NCBI GenBank assembly: GCA_016866375.1
Contig: VGMK01000001.1
Coordinates: 1-44,227 of the forward strand
Source of the DNA: Bacteroidota bacterium
GTDB lineage: Bacteria; Bacteroidota; Bacteroidia; Flavobacteriales_D; Crocinitomicaceae
Direction of reading: 5' to 3'
DNA length: 44,227 bases
Numbering within the stretch: the first letter of the stretch is position 1; each line of letters starts with the position of its first letter. The translations under genes and the position numbers were made by a program. Shown piece by piece: positions 1 through 9,505 of this stretch. Below the pieces are notes generated by a model. The model saw only the letters and a list, made by a program, of their open reading frames with translations, was not told where the DNA came from and ran no database searches.

Positions 1-35
1 TTTCTATTTTTTTTCGCTTTTTTAAATAGAAGTTT

Positions 36-43
36 TAAATTTG
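36..43 (+). promoter_or_regulatory. Bacteroidota -7 promoter element (TAAATTTG) for tRNA-Gln
   Basis: Matches TAnnTTTG 10 nt upstream of the tRNA 5' end. Confidence 0.6.
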
Positions 44-53
44 CACCCCGCAA

Positions 54-129
54 TGGCCCATGGTGTAACTGGCAACACGTCTGATTTTGGTTCAGAAGAG
101 TCTAGGTTCGAGCCCTAGTGGGCCAACCA
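54..129 (+). tRNA. trnQ: tRNA-Gln (anticodon TTG), CCA encoded
   Basis: Acceptor stem TGGCCCA/TGGGCCA; anticodon stem TCTGA/TCAGA with loop TTTTGGT (TTG at 87-89); T-arm CTAGG-TTCGAGC-CCTAG; ACCA end. Confidence 0.97.
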
Positions 130-1693
130 AAGCGGGGATTTTGGCTAAAATGTCAAAATCCCCGTTTTTATAAGCCTCTACAAGCTTCGTCAAATAAGGA
201 ATCGTAGAAAAAAGCAAATTTATTCTTGAAGTTCGATAATCGTCTTTTTTTCGATCGTAGAATATTCCTCCCGGAAACACCAAATTCTGTATTCTTTGCT
301 TACTGTTGAAATTTGCATTTTTCCAAGTGGAAGGGAGTTTCAGGGCTAGTTCAAGACACTTTTCAGCTGATTTTTCAATGTTCGATAACTGATTTTGGCT
401 ATCATCCAATTCTGATTCAATTTGTCGAATGTTTTCTCGGAATTTTTCTCGGAATTTATAATAAACTGCTTGATCAATTTCACCCGTAAAAAATCGTTCT
501 TCGGCTCCTTCTAATTTTTGTTTTAACTGTGCTAGTTCTACCTGTAAGGCTTTTTTATCCTCAGATTTGACTTCTGTTCGTTCACTCAATAGATGAAGTA
601 GCATCTTTTTGAAAAGGGGTTTCAGAGCCTTGTCGAATGTGAAACCTTTCAATAAATCTTCGAATTTCAGATGTAAAACCTTTTGGCTGCGATTATTTGC
701 ACAACCCTTTAAATTGCACTTGTAATAGTATAAGCCCCTAGGCTTCACTAAATAACCAGTCATGCTTGTTCCACAACATTCGCATTTCAAAAATTGCTTC
801 ATTGGTAAATCTTCCACCTCTTGTTCAATTTTGTAGCCACTCGTAAACTTTACAAGATTTTGATGAACCTTTAAAAAGGTATTCTTTGAAACAAGAGGAG
901 GATGTTTCCCTTCAATCATTTCACCCGGAACCAATTTAGAAACAATAAACCCACAATAGAATGGATTTGCAAAGAACCGAGACAAGCGCTTGGCGGGAAT
1001 ATTCCAACCACGTGCACTTAATCGTTTGGCTATTTCCACCAAACTAAGGTCGTCATTTGCTTTCCATTCAAAGGCCTTTTTTAGCAATTTGCCTGTATCA
1101 TTGATGATCAACGTGTGTAGGTCGGCAGTTTTTCCTTGGTTAACGTTTGTATAGCCTGTAGGTGGCATAAACGGCCAGTAACCTTGCTTCAATTTTTCGA
1201 TCATTCCGGTCATAGACTTGTCTCTACGTAACTGGTTATCAAATTCACTGAATAGGTGATAGATTCCTTCCATGAAGTTTCCAGAAGGATCATTATGATC
1301 AATTGATTGAGTTACAGAAACGACTTTTACCCCTCGCTTTTTGAGTTCGTGCGAAATAAATGCACCACTTGGACCACTTCTGCTAAAGCGATCATAAGAA
1401 TAGACTATCACAAACCCAATGGACTTTTTGCGCTTTACAAAGCTTAGCATTTTTTGAAACTCCGTTCGTTCGTCGTCTTTTGCACTTTCATACGTGCCAC
1501 CAAAAAAATCAACAACATCTAAACCCTTCTCCTCAGCATATTTTTTACAATGCTTCAGCTGAGTGTCCAAACTCGCATTGTTGTCTGCTTGTTCTTTCGT
1601 GCTGACGCGTGTATATATGACGGCTTCAGTTTTAGCAACCTGACGCAATTCATCGCCTTTGGAAAATCGTTTAAATCTTATGTCTACTTGCAT
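92..1693 (-). CDS. Large serine recombinase (integrase)
   Basis: Catalytic YTRVST and YDRFSRS motifs, recombinase domain, zinc ribbon (CECCG...YYKC...GC), coiled coil. ATG at 1693 preferred over TTG at 1702. The 3' end overlaps the tRNA. Confidence 0.95.
   Translation of the reverse strand: MQVDIRFKRFSKGDELRQVAKTEAVIYTRVSTKEQADNNASLDTQLKHCKKYAEEKGLDVVDFFGGTYESAKDDERTEFQKMLSFVKRKKSIGFVIVYSYDRFSRSGPSGAFISHELKKRGVKVVSVTQSIDHNDPSGNFMEGIYHLFSEFDNQLRRDKSMTGMIEKLKQGYWPFMPPTGYTNVNQGKTADLHTLIINDTGKLLKKAFEWKANDDLSLVEIAKRLSARGWNIPAKRLSRFFANPFYCGFIVSKLVPGEMIEGKHPPLVSKNTFLKVHQNLVKFTSGYKIEQEVEDLPMKQFLKCECCGTSMTGYLVKPRGLYYYKCNLKGCANNRSQKVLHLKFEDLLKGFTFDKALKPLFKKMLLHLLSERTEVKSEDKKALQVELAQLKQKLEGAEERFFTGEIDQAVYYKFREKFRENIRQIESELDDSQNQLSNIEKSAEKCLELALKLPSTWKNANFNSKQRIQNLVFPGGIFYDRKKDDYRTSRINLLFSTIPYLTKLVEAYKNGDFDILAKIPALVGPLGLEPRLF
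129..169 (+). terminator. Intrinsic terminator after tRNA-Gln, inside the antisense strand of the integrase gene
   Basis: Perfect stem CGGGGATTTTG (133-143)/CAAAATCCCCG (154-164) followed by TTTTT. Confidence 0.8.
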
Positions 1694-1832
1694 ATTGCTC
1701 AATTACTATTAAACAAAGTTCTTCCATCTGTTCCAACAGAAGTTGTGCAATTTCATCCGAAATCTTTCCTTCTGTTAATGTTTGTAAGTCCTTTACTGTT
1801 GGTTTTTCAAATTTTCGTATTTTTTTAATCAA
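1671..1832 (-). CDS. 53-aa protein overlapping the integrase start (not in ORF track)
   Basis: Manual translation from TTG: MIKKIRKFEKPTVKDLQTLTEGKISDEIAQLLLEQMEELCLIVIEQYASRHKI*. Confidence 0.5.
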   Translation of the reverse strand: MIKKIRKFEKPTVKDLQTLTEGKISDEIAQLLLEQMEELCLIVIEQYASRHKI

Positions 1833-1897
1833 ACTTTAATTCACAGGTGTTTCCGGTCCGGGTTTCGGTTACGGGAAACGGGTTTTCAATGGTCCAT

Positions 1898-2824
1898 TTA
1901 TTTGGTGCCCTCATTTATTTTCATCAGAATTTTATTCTCAAAATCAACGATCTTGCCTTTTTGTGTTTTCAAGGAAATCATTTGGTAGCCATTTTTTGCA
2001 ATTACATCAAAAAATCTATGTTCAAGGGTTATGTTACTTTTTTCAACAATTTCCAAAAGGTCAGGTTCACCATTCTTGAAGCGAATGGTGATGGATGTGG
2101 CATCGTTTTTTCGAATATATTCTAAAATTTTTAATTCTGTCTTGGTCAACAAAGATGATTTTGATAACAACGACTCTGGTGACCATTCGTTGATTAAACT
2201 TCGGTAAGCTTCAGCGAAGCTTAGACAGAAATAGGGCTTTGAAACGAACGCTGCAAATTCCTCTTCCGTGGTGAGGTACTCATTATGTTTTGATGCCTCA
2301 TAGATAATATATTCACCGTCTTTATTCACAATGCAATGAAACCTTTTACGATATATAATTGTTGCCATTACAGCAGAGTCAAATATTGGTGGTCCGTCCT
2401 TATCAAATTGACTTATTAATTCTTCTGGGCTCATAGGCGAATCCATTTTCGAATTCAATTTGTCTAGAATTTGCTTTAGAAATTGCGGATCTAGCTCGTT
2501 TAAATCGACTTTTGGTTCGAGAAGGTTATTTTTTAGTTCCTTAATCGTACCGAGACTAATGCCCAAAGAGCGCATTTGCTGGATCAGCTTAATCCAGATG
2601 CTTTGAGCAAGGGTGTATTTCCGACGTAGACCTGGTCCTTTAATTTTGGGAAGTATTTCTTGCTTGTCCCAATAGGTTGCATCTCGGGGTGCAATCTTTA
2701 GGTCATTGATGCTGTATCTCGCTTGATTCATGGATTCTGCCAATTGTGGAAATTCTTCCGTTAGCACTGCTTCGGAAAGAAAATTGAATTCATCGGTGGA
2801 CAATATTTTTTTTTCTACATTCAT
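1898..2824 (-). CDS. MerR-type HTH domain protein
   Basis: YSINDL..APRDATYWDKQEILP..RRKYTL..WIKLIQQMRSLGISLGTIKEL resembles a MerR winged HTH. Confidence 0.7.
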   Translation of the reverse strand: MNVEKKILSTDEFNFLSEAVLTEEFPQLAESMNQARYSINDLKIAPRDATYWDKQEILPKIKGPGLRRKYTLAQSIWIKLIQQMRSLGISLGTIKELKNNLLEPKVDLNELDPQFLKQILDKLNSKMDSPMSPEELISQFDKDGPPIFDSAVMATIIYRKRFHCIVNKDGEYIIYEASKHNEYLTTEEEFAAFVSKPYFCLSFAEAYRSLINEWSPESLLSKSSLLTKTELKILEYIRKNDATSITIRFKNGEPDLLEIVEKSNITLEHRFFDVIAKNGYQMISLKTQKGKIVDFENKILMKINEGTK

Positions 2825-2848
2825 AATTGACAGTATTGTAAATTAATA

Positions 2849-2856
2849 TATCTTTG
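2849..2856 (+). promoter_or_regulatory. Bacteroidota -7 promoter element (TATCTTTG)
   Basis: TAnnTTTG in the 58-bp divergent gap upstream of the gene at 2883. Confidence 0.5.
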
Positions 2857-2882
2857 CAAAAGAACGAAATATTTTTAAAATT

Positions 2883-3305
2883 ATGAAACAAAAAGAAAAA
2901 AAACAAGAAAATCCCTCTCCACTAGCGCTTAGGATTTGCGATTGTGGTTGCGGTATTGAGTTCCAGCCTAAAAGGGCGGACCAATTTCACCTTAACTCAA
3001 ATCATTATGATTTTGCTTACAATCATGGCCCGCGTAAAGAAAAGTATGCTGAAGAGAGAAAGGTAACTAAAGCGATTCGAAAAAACGATCGCATCCTAGA
3101 AAAGTATTTTCGGATGTTCAAGAAGGATGTATTTCAATTGCACCTTTTAATTGTTGAGGCGGATGGTTTCAACGAAGGAATGTTCACAAGGGTAATTGAA
3201 ATACCTGTTCAAAGTGTTAGCAAACACTTTCATGTTATATTGAAATACTGCTTCAGAATCATCAAACAAGGAAATATTAATTACATCGAAATACGTAAAT
3301 TATGA
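2883..3305 (+). CDS. Hypothetical protein with N-terminal Cys/His cluster
   Basis: 140-aa ORF with CDCGCGIEF..R.DQ.H...H; stop overlaps the next ATG (ATGA). Confidence 0.7.
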   Translation: MKQKEKKQENPSPLALRICDCGCGIEFQPKRADQFHLNSNHYDFAYNHGPRKEKYAEERKVTKAIRKNDRILEKYFRMFKKDVFQLHLLIVEADGFNEGMFTRVIEIPVQSVSKHFHVILKYCFRIIKQGNINYIEIRKL

Positions 3306-3517
3306 TAGATACATTTCGAACAGTTCCGGCTTCGGAGCTTTTTGCCACGGAGATTGGCATTAGCGGAGCGCAACTCCCAACAAATGGCCCAGGAAGAAAA
3401 AATCCTTTGATCAAATATATTTTTGTCGGCGGTATTATTATTGGGGCCTTTATCTTGGCTTACCATCTACAGAATTCAGCGCCACCAAAAATTAAAAAAA
3501 GAGAAAATGATGAATGA
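3302..3517 (+). CDS. Small single-TM hypothetical protein
   Basis: Hydrophobic YIFVGGIIIGAFILAY; overlaps both neighbours. Confidence 0.55.
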   Translation: MIDTFRTVPASELFATEIGISGAQLPTNGPGRKNPLIKYIFVGGIIIGAFILAYHLQNSAPPKIKKRENDE

Positions 3518-3674
3518 ACACACGAAAACTTCAAAGCCTTCAAAAACAGTCTTAACGCCAACCCATAAGGCAATAAAAACTACCGCAACAGCCATTCTTT
3601 TCATTGCGGGAACTTGGCTTATACTAAAAATAAGTAAGGAAATGTTGAAGGAATTGGAGGGTATGGGGTTGTAG
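3507..3674 (+). CDS. Small single-TM hypothetical protein
   Basis: ATG at 3507/3510 overlaps the previous gene end; TM segment TATAILFIAGTWLIL. Confidence 0.5.
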   Translation: MMNEHTKTSKPSKTVLTPTHKAIKTTATAILFIAGTWLILKISKEMLKELEGMGL

Positions 3675-3699
3675 CTTTCAAAATACAACCCCAAAAAAA
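3664..3699. terminator. Hairpin/possible terminator
   Basis: TGGGGTTGTA (3664-3673)/TACAACCCCA (3684-3693) stem followed by an A run (U tract on the minus strand). Confidence 0.55.
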
Positions 3700-3847
3700 G
3701 ACCTTTATGAACTAAAAATTCAGGTAAACGATTTAAAGCCTATTCAGCGGTTTATGAGGGGGATTGAAGTTGATGTTAATACAAAGTAATATCGTGTATA
3801 AATCCAACTTTTCTTTATATCTTCATGCCCTACTACAAAAACTATTC

Positions 3848-4036
3848 ATGAACAGGATCAAAGAAGTACTTCAGCAAAAAGGCATAAAGCAAACCTGGTT
3901 GGCTGAGAAGTTGGGCAAAAGCTTCAATATTGTTAATGATTATTGCAATAATCGGAGACAACCAAGTATTGAAACTTTATTCAAAATTTCAGAATTAATG
4001 AATGTTAATGTCAGAGAATTGCTAAATGAAAAATAA
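3848..4036 (+). CDS. XRE/Cro-C1 HTH regulator, probable R-M controller (C) protein
   Basis: MNRIKEVLQQKGIKQTWLAEKLGKSFNIVNDYCNNRRQPSIETL; overlaps the MTase start. Confidence 0.85.
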   Translation: MNRIKEVLQQKGIKQTWLAEKLGKSFNIVNDYCNNRRQPSIETLFKISELMNVNVRELLNEK

Positions 4037-5348
4037 TAATAAAGTGAGATTTATTGATTTGTTTGCTGGTTTAGGAGGGATCAGGATTGGTTTTGAACAA
4101 GCTGCTTTAGAAACTGGTTTTAAAGCAGAGTGTGTATTTACCTCTGAAATAAAAACTTCTGCAATAGCAGCACTTCAAAATAATTTTGAGCATCATGATT
4201 TGGCAGGTGATATAACCAAGATACATGCTAATCAAATTCCAGATTTTGATGTTTTGCTCGCAGGTTTTCCATGCCAAGCTTTCAGCGTTGCAGGCAAACA
4301 AAAAGGTTTTGTCGACACAAGAGGGACTTTGTTTTTTGACATCGAGAGGATTCTAGAAGAAAAAAAACCTCATGGTTTTATATTAGAGAATGTTGAAGGC
4401 TTAGTTTTACATGATAGGTTAAATAAATCTGATAAAATTGGTCAAACACTTGAAACAATTTTGAATTCATTAAAAAAGAAATATAAAGTCAACTATAGGG
4501 TTTTAGACTCCAAGGAATTTGGTGTTCCTCAATCCAGAAGAAGAATCTTTATTGTTGGAACGAGAAAAAAAATAATTAATCTGGAAAATTTTGATAAACA
4601 CATAAATACAGTTGGAACAATCTTAGAAAATGATGTAGAATTCTCAAACACAAAATTCAGCAAATTGTTACTGAAATACTATAAGCCTGAAGAGCTGGAG
4701 GGTAAATTCATCAAAGATAAACGTGGAGGTTCAAAAAATATTCATAGTTGGGATATTGAAGCAAAAGGAAAAGTATCTAACGTTCAAAAAGAACTTTTGA
4801 ATAGGCTTTTTAAAGAGCGTAGAAAGAAGCATTGGGCTACAAAAATAGGCATTGATTGGATGGACGGTATGCCTTTAACACACGATCAAATCGGTTCTTT
4901 TTTTAATCATAAAGATTTGCATAAATTTTTGGATGACTTGGTTGAAAAAGGGTATTTAACGTTAGAACACCCAAAGAAAAAAATTCTCACGAATGATGCT
5001 CCACCCGTATTCGACCGAGTCCCTGACACTACTAAACCTAAGGGATATAATATAACCTCTGGTAAACTAAGTTTTGAATACAGTCATTTTTTAAATCCAA
5101 ATGCAATAGCTCCGACTCTAGTTGCTATGGATATGGACACAATAGGTGTTGTTGGAGAAAAAGGTATAAGAAAGCTAACAATACGTGAAGGTCTTCGTCT
5201 TTTTGGTTTTCCTGACACATACAATTTAGACTTTTTATGTGATTCAGAATTAAATAAAAGAAAAGCATATGATTTACTGGGTAATTCAGTATGTGTACCT
5301 GTTGTAAAGGCAGTATCGAAAAGGTTATTAGAAAATCTTGAATTATGA
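4026..5348 (+). CDS. DNA (cytosine-5)-methyltransferase
   Basis: Motif I FIDLFAGLGG, IV GFPCQ, VI ENV, VIII QSRRR, IX RKLTIRE, X LGNSV. Confidence 0.97.
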   Translation: MKNNNKVRFIDLFAGLGGIRIGFEQAALETGFKAECVFTSEIKTSAIAALQNNFEHHDLAGDITKIHANQIPDFDVLLAGFPCQAFSVAGKQKGFVDTRGTLFFDIERILEEKKPHGFILENVEGLVLHDRLNKSDKIGQTLETILNSLKKKYKVNYRVLDSKEFGVPQSRRRIFIVGTRKKIINLENFDKHINTVGTILENDVEFSNTKFSKLLLKYYKPEELEGKFIKDKRGGSKNIHSWDIEAKGKVSNVQKELLNRLFKERRKKHWATKIGIDWMDGMPLTHDQIGSFFNHKDLHKFLDDLVEKGYLTLEHPKKKILTNDAPPVFDRVPDTTKPKGYNITSGKLSFEYSHFLNPNAIAPTLVAMDMDTIGVVGEKGIRKLTIREGLRLFGFPDTYNLDFLCDSELNKRKAYDLLGNSVCVPVVKAVSKRLLENLEL

Positions 5349-6256
5349 CCCCTGAAAAATTAAAATTCGAAGAATTATTGGCAACAACAACAATGTTTTT
5401 CGTAGAGAACGAGATAGAACAAAAATATTCTGATCGAATAGAATTAATTGTTTCTGATCTTAGAACAAAATTATCTCAAGTCAATAATGTAGAAGGATTA
5501 AAGAACTACATCCGTGAAGATAAAAAAGCTTTAGATAACCTACTTTGCCTTTTAAATATTTCAACAGAAAAGTTCAAACGCATTATTACTCTTTTGCGAC
5601 TAAATAAAAAATACACAATGTCAACAGAATGGTCACTTTCAAAAACCAGAAATTACATGGTGGAAAATGAGGCTTTTTTGAATGAAGTAACTGAATTGAT
5701 ATTAAATGGCGCAAATAACCCAAAATTCGAAGCGATTATTCCAAAATTTTATCTTGATAACTTCAAAATTGATATTGATGTAATATCCAGACTATCTAAC
5801 AAAGATGATTTGATTCGACTTGTAAAAGGTAATATCGAGACAAGTTACAACAATGATATTAGTCTAGCATACTCAAAGAGAATTATCGATTATCTAATCA
5901 AAATTTGTGAAAAAAATGGTCTTGATTATCAAGTAAAACCAGAAGTAAAATTTATAAATCGCGAGCCTTCTTTTACAATTCTCCATAACAATGCGATAAA
6001 AGGTATTATTGATATTTCATACATGATCACTACTTCCAGTTCTCAAACCCAATATGCGCGAAGAATTAAAGAAACATTTGAAATCCAAAAATCATATAAT
6101 GATTCACTCAACGAGTTTATTTATGTAATGATAATCGATGGTGCTGGCTGGTTTGGAAGACAATCTGATTTTCGATCTATTCACAAAACTTCAAGCCAAA
6201 TTTTAAATCTTAACACACTAGAAAGATTGGAAAAAATAATTAAAAATATAAACTAA
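5345..6256 (+). CDS. Putative type II restriction endonuclease, DpnII-like fold
   Basis: C-terminal ISYMITTSSSQT and YVMIIDGAGW resemble DpnII-family enzymes; ATGA-coupled to the MTase. Confidence 0.65.
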   Translation: MTPEKLKFEELLATTTMFFVENEIEQKYSDRIELIVSDLRTKLSQVNNVEGLKNYIREDKKALDNLLCLLNISTEKFKRIITLLRLNKKYTMSTEWSLSKTRNYMVENEAFLNEVTELILNGANNPKFEAIIPKFYLDNFKIDIDVISRLSNKDDLIRLVKGNIETSYNNDISLAYSKRIIDYLIKICEKNGLDYQVKPEVKFINREPSFTILHNNAIKGIIDISYMITTSSSQTQYARRIKETFEIQKSYNDSLNEFIYVMIIDGAGWFGRQSDFRSIHKTSSQILNLNTLERLEKIIKNIN

Positions 6257-6261
6257 AAACT

Positions 6262-7551
6262 ATGACATCTGAAGAAAGAAAACAATTACTATCCGAAATT
6301 CAAAAAAAACATGAACCTTATACTACTGGCGTTCCTTTGGTTTTTCATGGAGAAAGAAAACAATTCAATGTTTATAGGATTCCACTTGATATTTTGACAT
6401 ACAATCCCTATAATGGACGAATTGGAAGTGTTGTTAAATCTTTTGAGAGACAAAATCATACTTTGGATGCCAACAATCCTGAAGACATTAAGATTATTGA
6501 GGATTTTTTATGGAAATCCAAGGAGACTGCCAACAAAAAAACTATAGAAAGTCTACTCAATGATCATCAACAAAAGTTCGGAATTGTAACAGCCGATGGA
6601 AAAATAATTGACGGGAATCGAAGGGCAAGTCTCTTAAACAAAATTTGGAATGACAATAGCATTGATGTCAATAAGAAACAACATTGTCAATATTTTTACG
6701 CAATTATACTTCCAACAGATGCTGATAAAAAGGAAATTCTTAGGCTCGAGACCACTTATCAAATGGGTGAAGATGCTAAAGTGGATTACAATCCTATAGA
6801 AAAGTATTTAAAATGTGGGGATTTAGATGCTGAAGGATTTACTGTTGATGAAATTGCTTCATTTATGGGTATTAACAAAGCAGAGGTCCAAACTCAACTT
6901 AGAGTTCTTAATTTAATGAATGATTATTTGGAATACTGTGGATATGATGGAATGTACACTCAACTAGGTAATAATGAAGACTCATTTATAAAATTAGAGT
7001 CTGCATTGAAAAAATATAAAGCGGGTGGTGTTACAAGTATGTGGGATTACGAACCAGACACCGATGTAACAGATTTAAAATCTTGTGCTTTCGATTACAT
7101 TAGGCTTGGATTTCATCAGGATGATTTTAGAGATATAATACGTACTCCTAAAACCTCATCTTCCAGCTTTTTTGCTTCAAAAGAAATTTGGGAGTCATTT
7201 AGAGATAAACATTTTTCAATTGTTGAGGAGATCCAAGAAACACCTGTTGATAACCTGATAAAAGAAAATCCATTAGCTGATGTAAGTCGTTTGTTAAAAA
7301 TGAGAGATAATGAATGGCGAGAAAAAGTCAAAGATAATCTTAATAGAAACTATGAAGAACATCACGATAAATTATCAAACAAGCAAGAATCAAATGAACC
7401 ACTAAGATTGTTAAACAAGGCTTTGGATGCTTTATTAAATATCAATAACAAATCGTTAAAATCTATTCCTTTTAATGAAGTAAATTCAAGAATTTATAGC
7501 ATTGAATCTAAACTAGATGAATTAAAGAATAGTATGTCTGGTAATGAGTAG
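6262..7551 (+). CDS. ParB/Srx-like N-terminal domain protein
   Basis: YNPYNGRI and IIDGNRR (ParB/Srx arginine patch), then an HTH-like segment FTVDEIASFMGI. Confidence 0.75.
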   Translation: MTSEERKQLLSEIQKKHEPYTTGVPLVFHGERKQFNVYRIPLDILTYNPYNGRIGSVVKSFERQNHTLDANNPEDIKIIEDFLWKSKETANKKTIESLLNDHQQKFGIVTADGKIIDGNRRASLLNKIWNDNSIDVNKKQHCQYFYAIILPTDADKKEILRLETTYQMGEDAKVDYNPIEKYLKCGDLDAEGFTVDEIASFMGINKAEVQTQLRVLNLMNDYLEYCGYDGMYTQLGNNEDSFIKLESALKKYKAGGVTSMWDYEPDTDVTDLKSCAFDYIRLGFHQDDFRDIIRTPKTSSSSFFASKEIWESFRDKHFSIVEEIQETPVDNLIKENPLADVSRLLKMRDNEWREKVKDNLNRNYEEHHDKLSNKQESNEPLRLLNKALDALLNINNKSLKSIPFNEVNSRIYSIESKLDELKNSMSGNE

Positions 7552-9505
7552 CCATAATAGTATCATATTTAGTCATGATGAATCAACAAACGAAATTGTT
7601 GTAGATGGTTCATTTGAAAAACTTTTATCAAATAAAAGATCCAAACTATTTCTAAAAGAATATCTGGATTTTACTATTGATGAAACCTGTATTCGCGTTA
7701 AAATCAGAGAAGAATTAAATAAAACTATCGAGCTTCTAAAAAAGGCAGCTTCCTATACAGACTTAGCTTTGGAGTTTAGTTCGAATGTGTCTTATGAAAT
7801 AAATTCCTATTTAAATCAAGAAAAACAGTTTGAAATATACGCAAACAAAGCGTTAAAGATTAGAAATAATGATTGTGATTTAGAAGACTTTCAAAATTTC
7901 CGAAAATCTGTTGAAAAGAAATTAACCGGAAGAGTTTTGTATCCATTACAGTTTTTATCGGCTTATCATTTGGCGTTCGCACAAAATGCATGTAATTTTT
8001 CTGTACCTGGTGCTGGTAAAACTAGCATTGTATATGGAGCTTTCTCATATTTATCATCACTAAATGAGGATCATCCAAAAAAAGTTGATCGATTAATAAT
8101 TCTAGGACCTTTGAGTTCTTTCGGCCCATGGGAGAATGAATTTGAAGAATGTTTTGAAAGAAAACCAACAAGTATCCGATTATCAGGAGGTATACCTCTT
8201 GAACAAAAAAAACAATTGTTGTATACTTCAACACCTCCAGAAATAGTTCTGCTTTCATATGCATCTTTAATTTCAATAAAAGAGGAATTGAAGTATTATC
8301 TATCACGTAACAGATGTATGGTAGTGCTTGATGAAGCACATAAAATTAAAAATGTAAATGATGGAATAATCGCTCAGTCAGCATTAGAAATTGCTTCATT
8401 ATGTCAATCTAGGGTAATATTGACAGGGACACCAGCGCCCAACGGATATGAGGATTTAAACAACCTTTTTAGATTTATTTGGCCATCTAAAAAAATCATC
8501 AAATTTAACAGTGGTCAGTTAAAGGATATGTCAAGAAATCAAAATGATTCAAGAGTTGAATTATTAATTGATTCAATTTCACCTTTCTTCATTAGAATCA
8601 AAAAAAGTGACCTGAATATTCCAGCAGCAAATGAAAATTCTCCTGTATTTTTTGAAATGTCAGCATCACAAAGACGTCTCTATGATATTATTGAAAAGAA
8701 ATTTGTTAACGAACTCAGTAATGTCCAGGAAAAATCAATCTACAATTCTCTCGCTAGAGCTCGAATGATAAGATTAATGCAGGTTGCTTCAAATCCTCGC
8801 CTTCTGCGAGAACCATTATCTCAAATGGATGATTTTGAATTAAATTCAGAATTTCTAGATGATTCAATTTTTTTAAATGATATTAAGGATTTATATAGCG
8901 ATTCGATACCCACTAAATTTACTGAAACTGGAAAAATTGTAAAAAAAATTATCGATCAAAATGAAAAAATAATAATCTGGTGCTGTTTCACAAAAAGTAT
9001 CTCAGGTCTTAGCGAATACTTAAAATCAATTGGGATTGAAAGCCGTGTATTGCAAGGGAGTACACCTATTGAAAGAGAAGCACAGAATGATTCAAGCTAC
9101 GAGGAAGAAACTAGGGAATCAATAATTCGTGATTTTCATAAACCAGATTCAAGTTTTAAGGTTATTCTAGCTAATTCTTTCGCAGTTTCAGAATCTATTT
9201 CACTTCATAAAGTTTGCCATAATGCTCTTTATTTTGAAAGATCCTTTAATGCATCTCACTACATTCAGTCAAAAGATAGAATACACCGATATGGACTGCC
9301 AGCTGATACAATAACAAACTATTATTATTTATTAGCTTCTAATTCAATCGAAGAAACTATACATCAGAGGTTATTTGAAAAGGAACAGCGATTGTTAGAG
9401 ATTATAGAGAGTATGCCTATTCCGTTGTTTAACGTTGTAGAAGAACAAGATTCTGATATCAATGCCATTTTAAGAGACTATGCTAGAAGAACTAAAGCAG
9501 TTTAA
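7544..9505 (+). CDS. SNF2-family helicase/translocase
   Basis: Walker A VPGAGKT, DEAH, LTGTP, SESISLH, QSKDRIHRYG. Confidence 0.93.
   Translation: MSSHNSIIFSHDESTNEIVVDGSFEKLLSNKRSKLFLKEYLDFTIDETCIRVKIREELNKTIELLKKAASYTDLALEFSSNVSYEINSYLNQEKQFEIYANKALKIRNNDCDLEDFQNFRKSVEKKLTGRVLYPLQFLSAYHLAFAQNACNFSVPGAGKTSIVYGAFSYLSSLNEDHPKKVDRLIILGPLSSFGPWENEFEECFERKPTSIRLSGGIPLEQKKQLLYTSTPPEIVLLSYASLISIKEELKYYLSRNRCMVVLDEAHKIKNVNDGIIAQSALEIASLCQSRVILTGTPAPNGYEDLNNLFRFIWPSKKIIKFNSGQLKDMSRNQNDSRVELLIDSISPFFIRIKKSDLNIPAANENSPVFFEMSASQRRLYDIIEKKFVNELSNVQEKSIYNSLARARMIRLMQVASNPRLLREPLSQMDDFELNSEFLDDSIFLNDIKDLYSDSIPTKFTETGKIVKKIIDQNEKIIIWCCFTKSISGLSEYLKSIGIESRVLQGSTPIEREAQNDSSYEEETRESIIRDFHKPDSSFKVILANSFAVSESISLHKVCHNALYFERSFNASHYIQSKDRIHRYGLPADTITNYYYLLASNSIEETIHQRLFEKEQRLLEIIESMPIPLFNVVEEQDSDINAILRDYARRTKAV

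Noticed and set aside
100..129. Exact duplicate of the tRNA 3' end (attR) in the window
   Set aside because: No convincing copy found by eye; only a weak echo near 44100.
1550..2125. Plus-strand ORFs 1550-1828 and 1847-2125, and similar short overlapping ORFs elsewhere
   Set aside because: Antisense or out of frame to well-supported genes, with no recognisable motifs.
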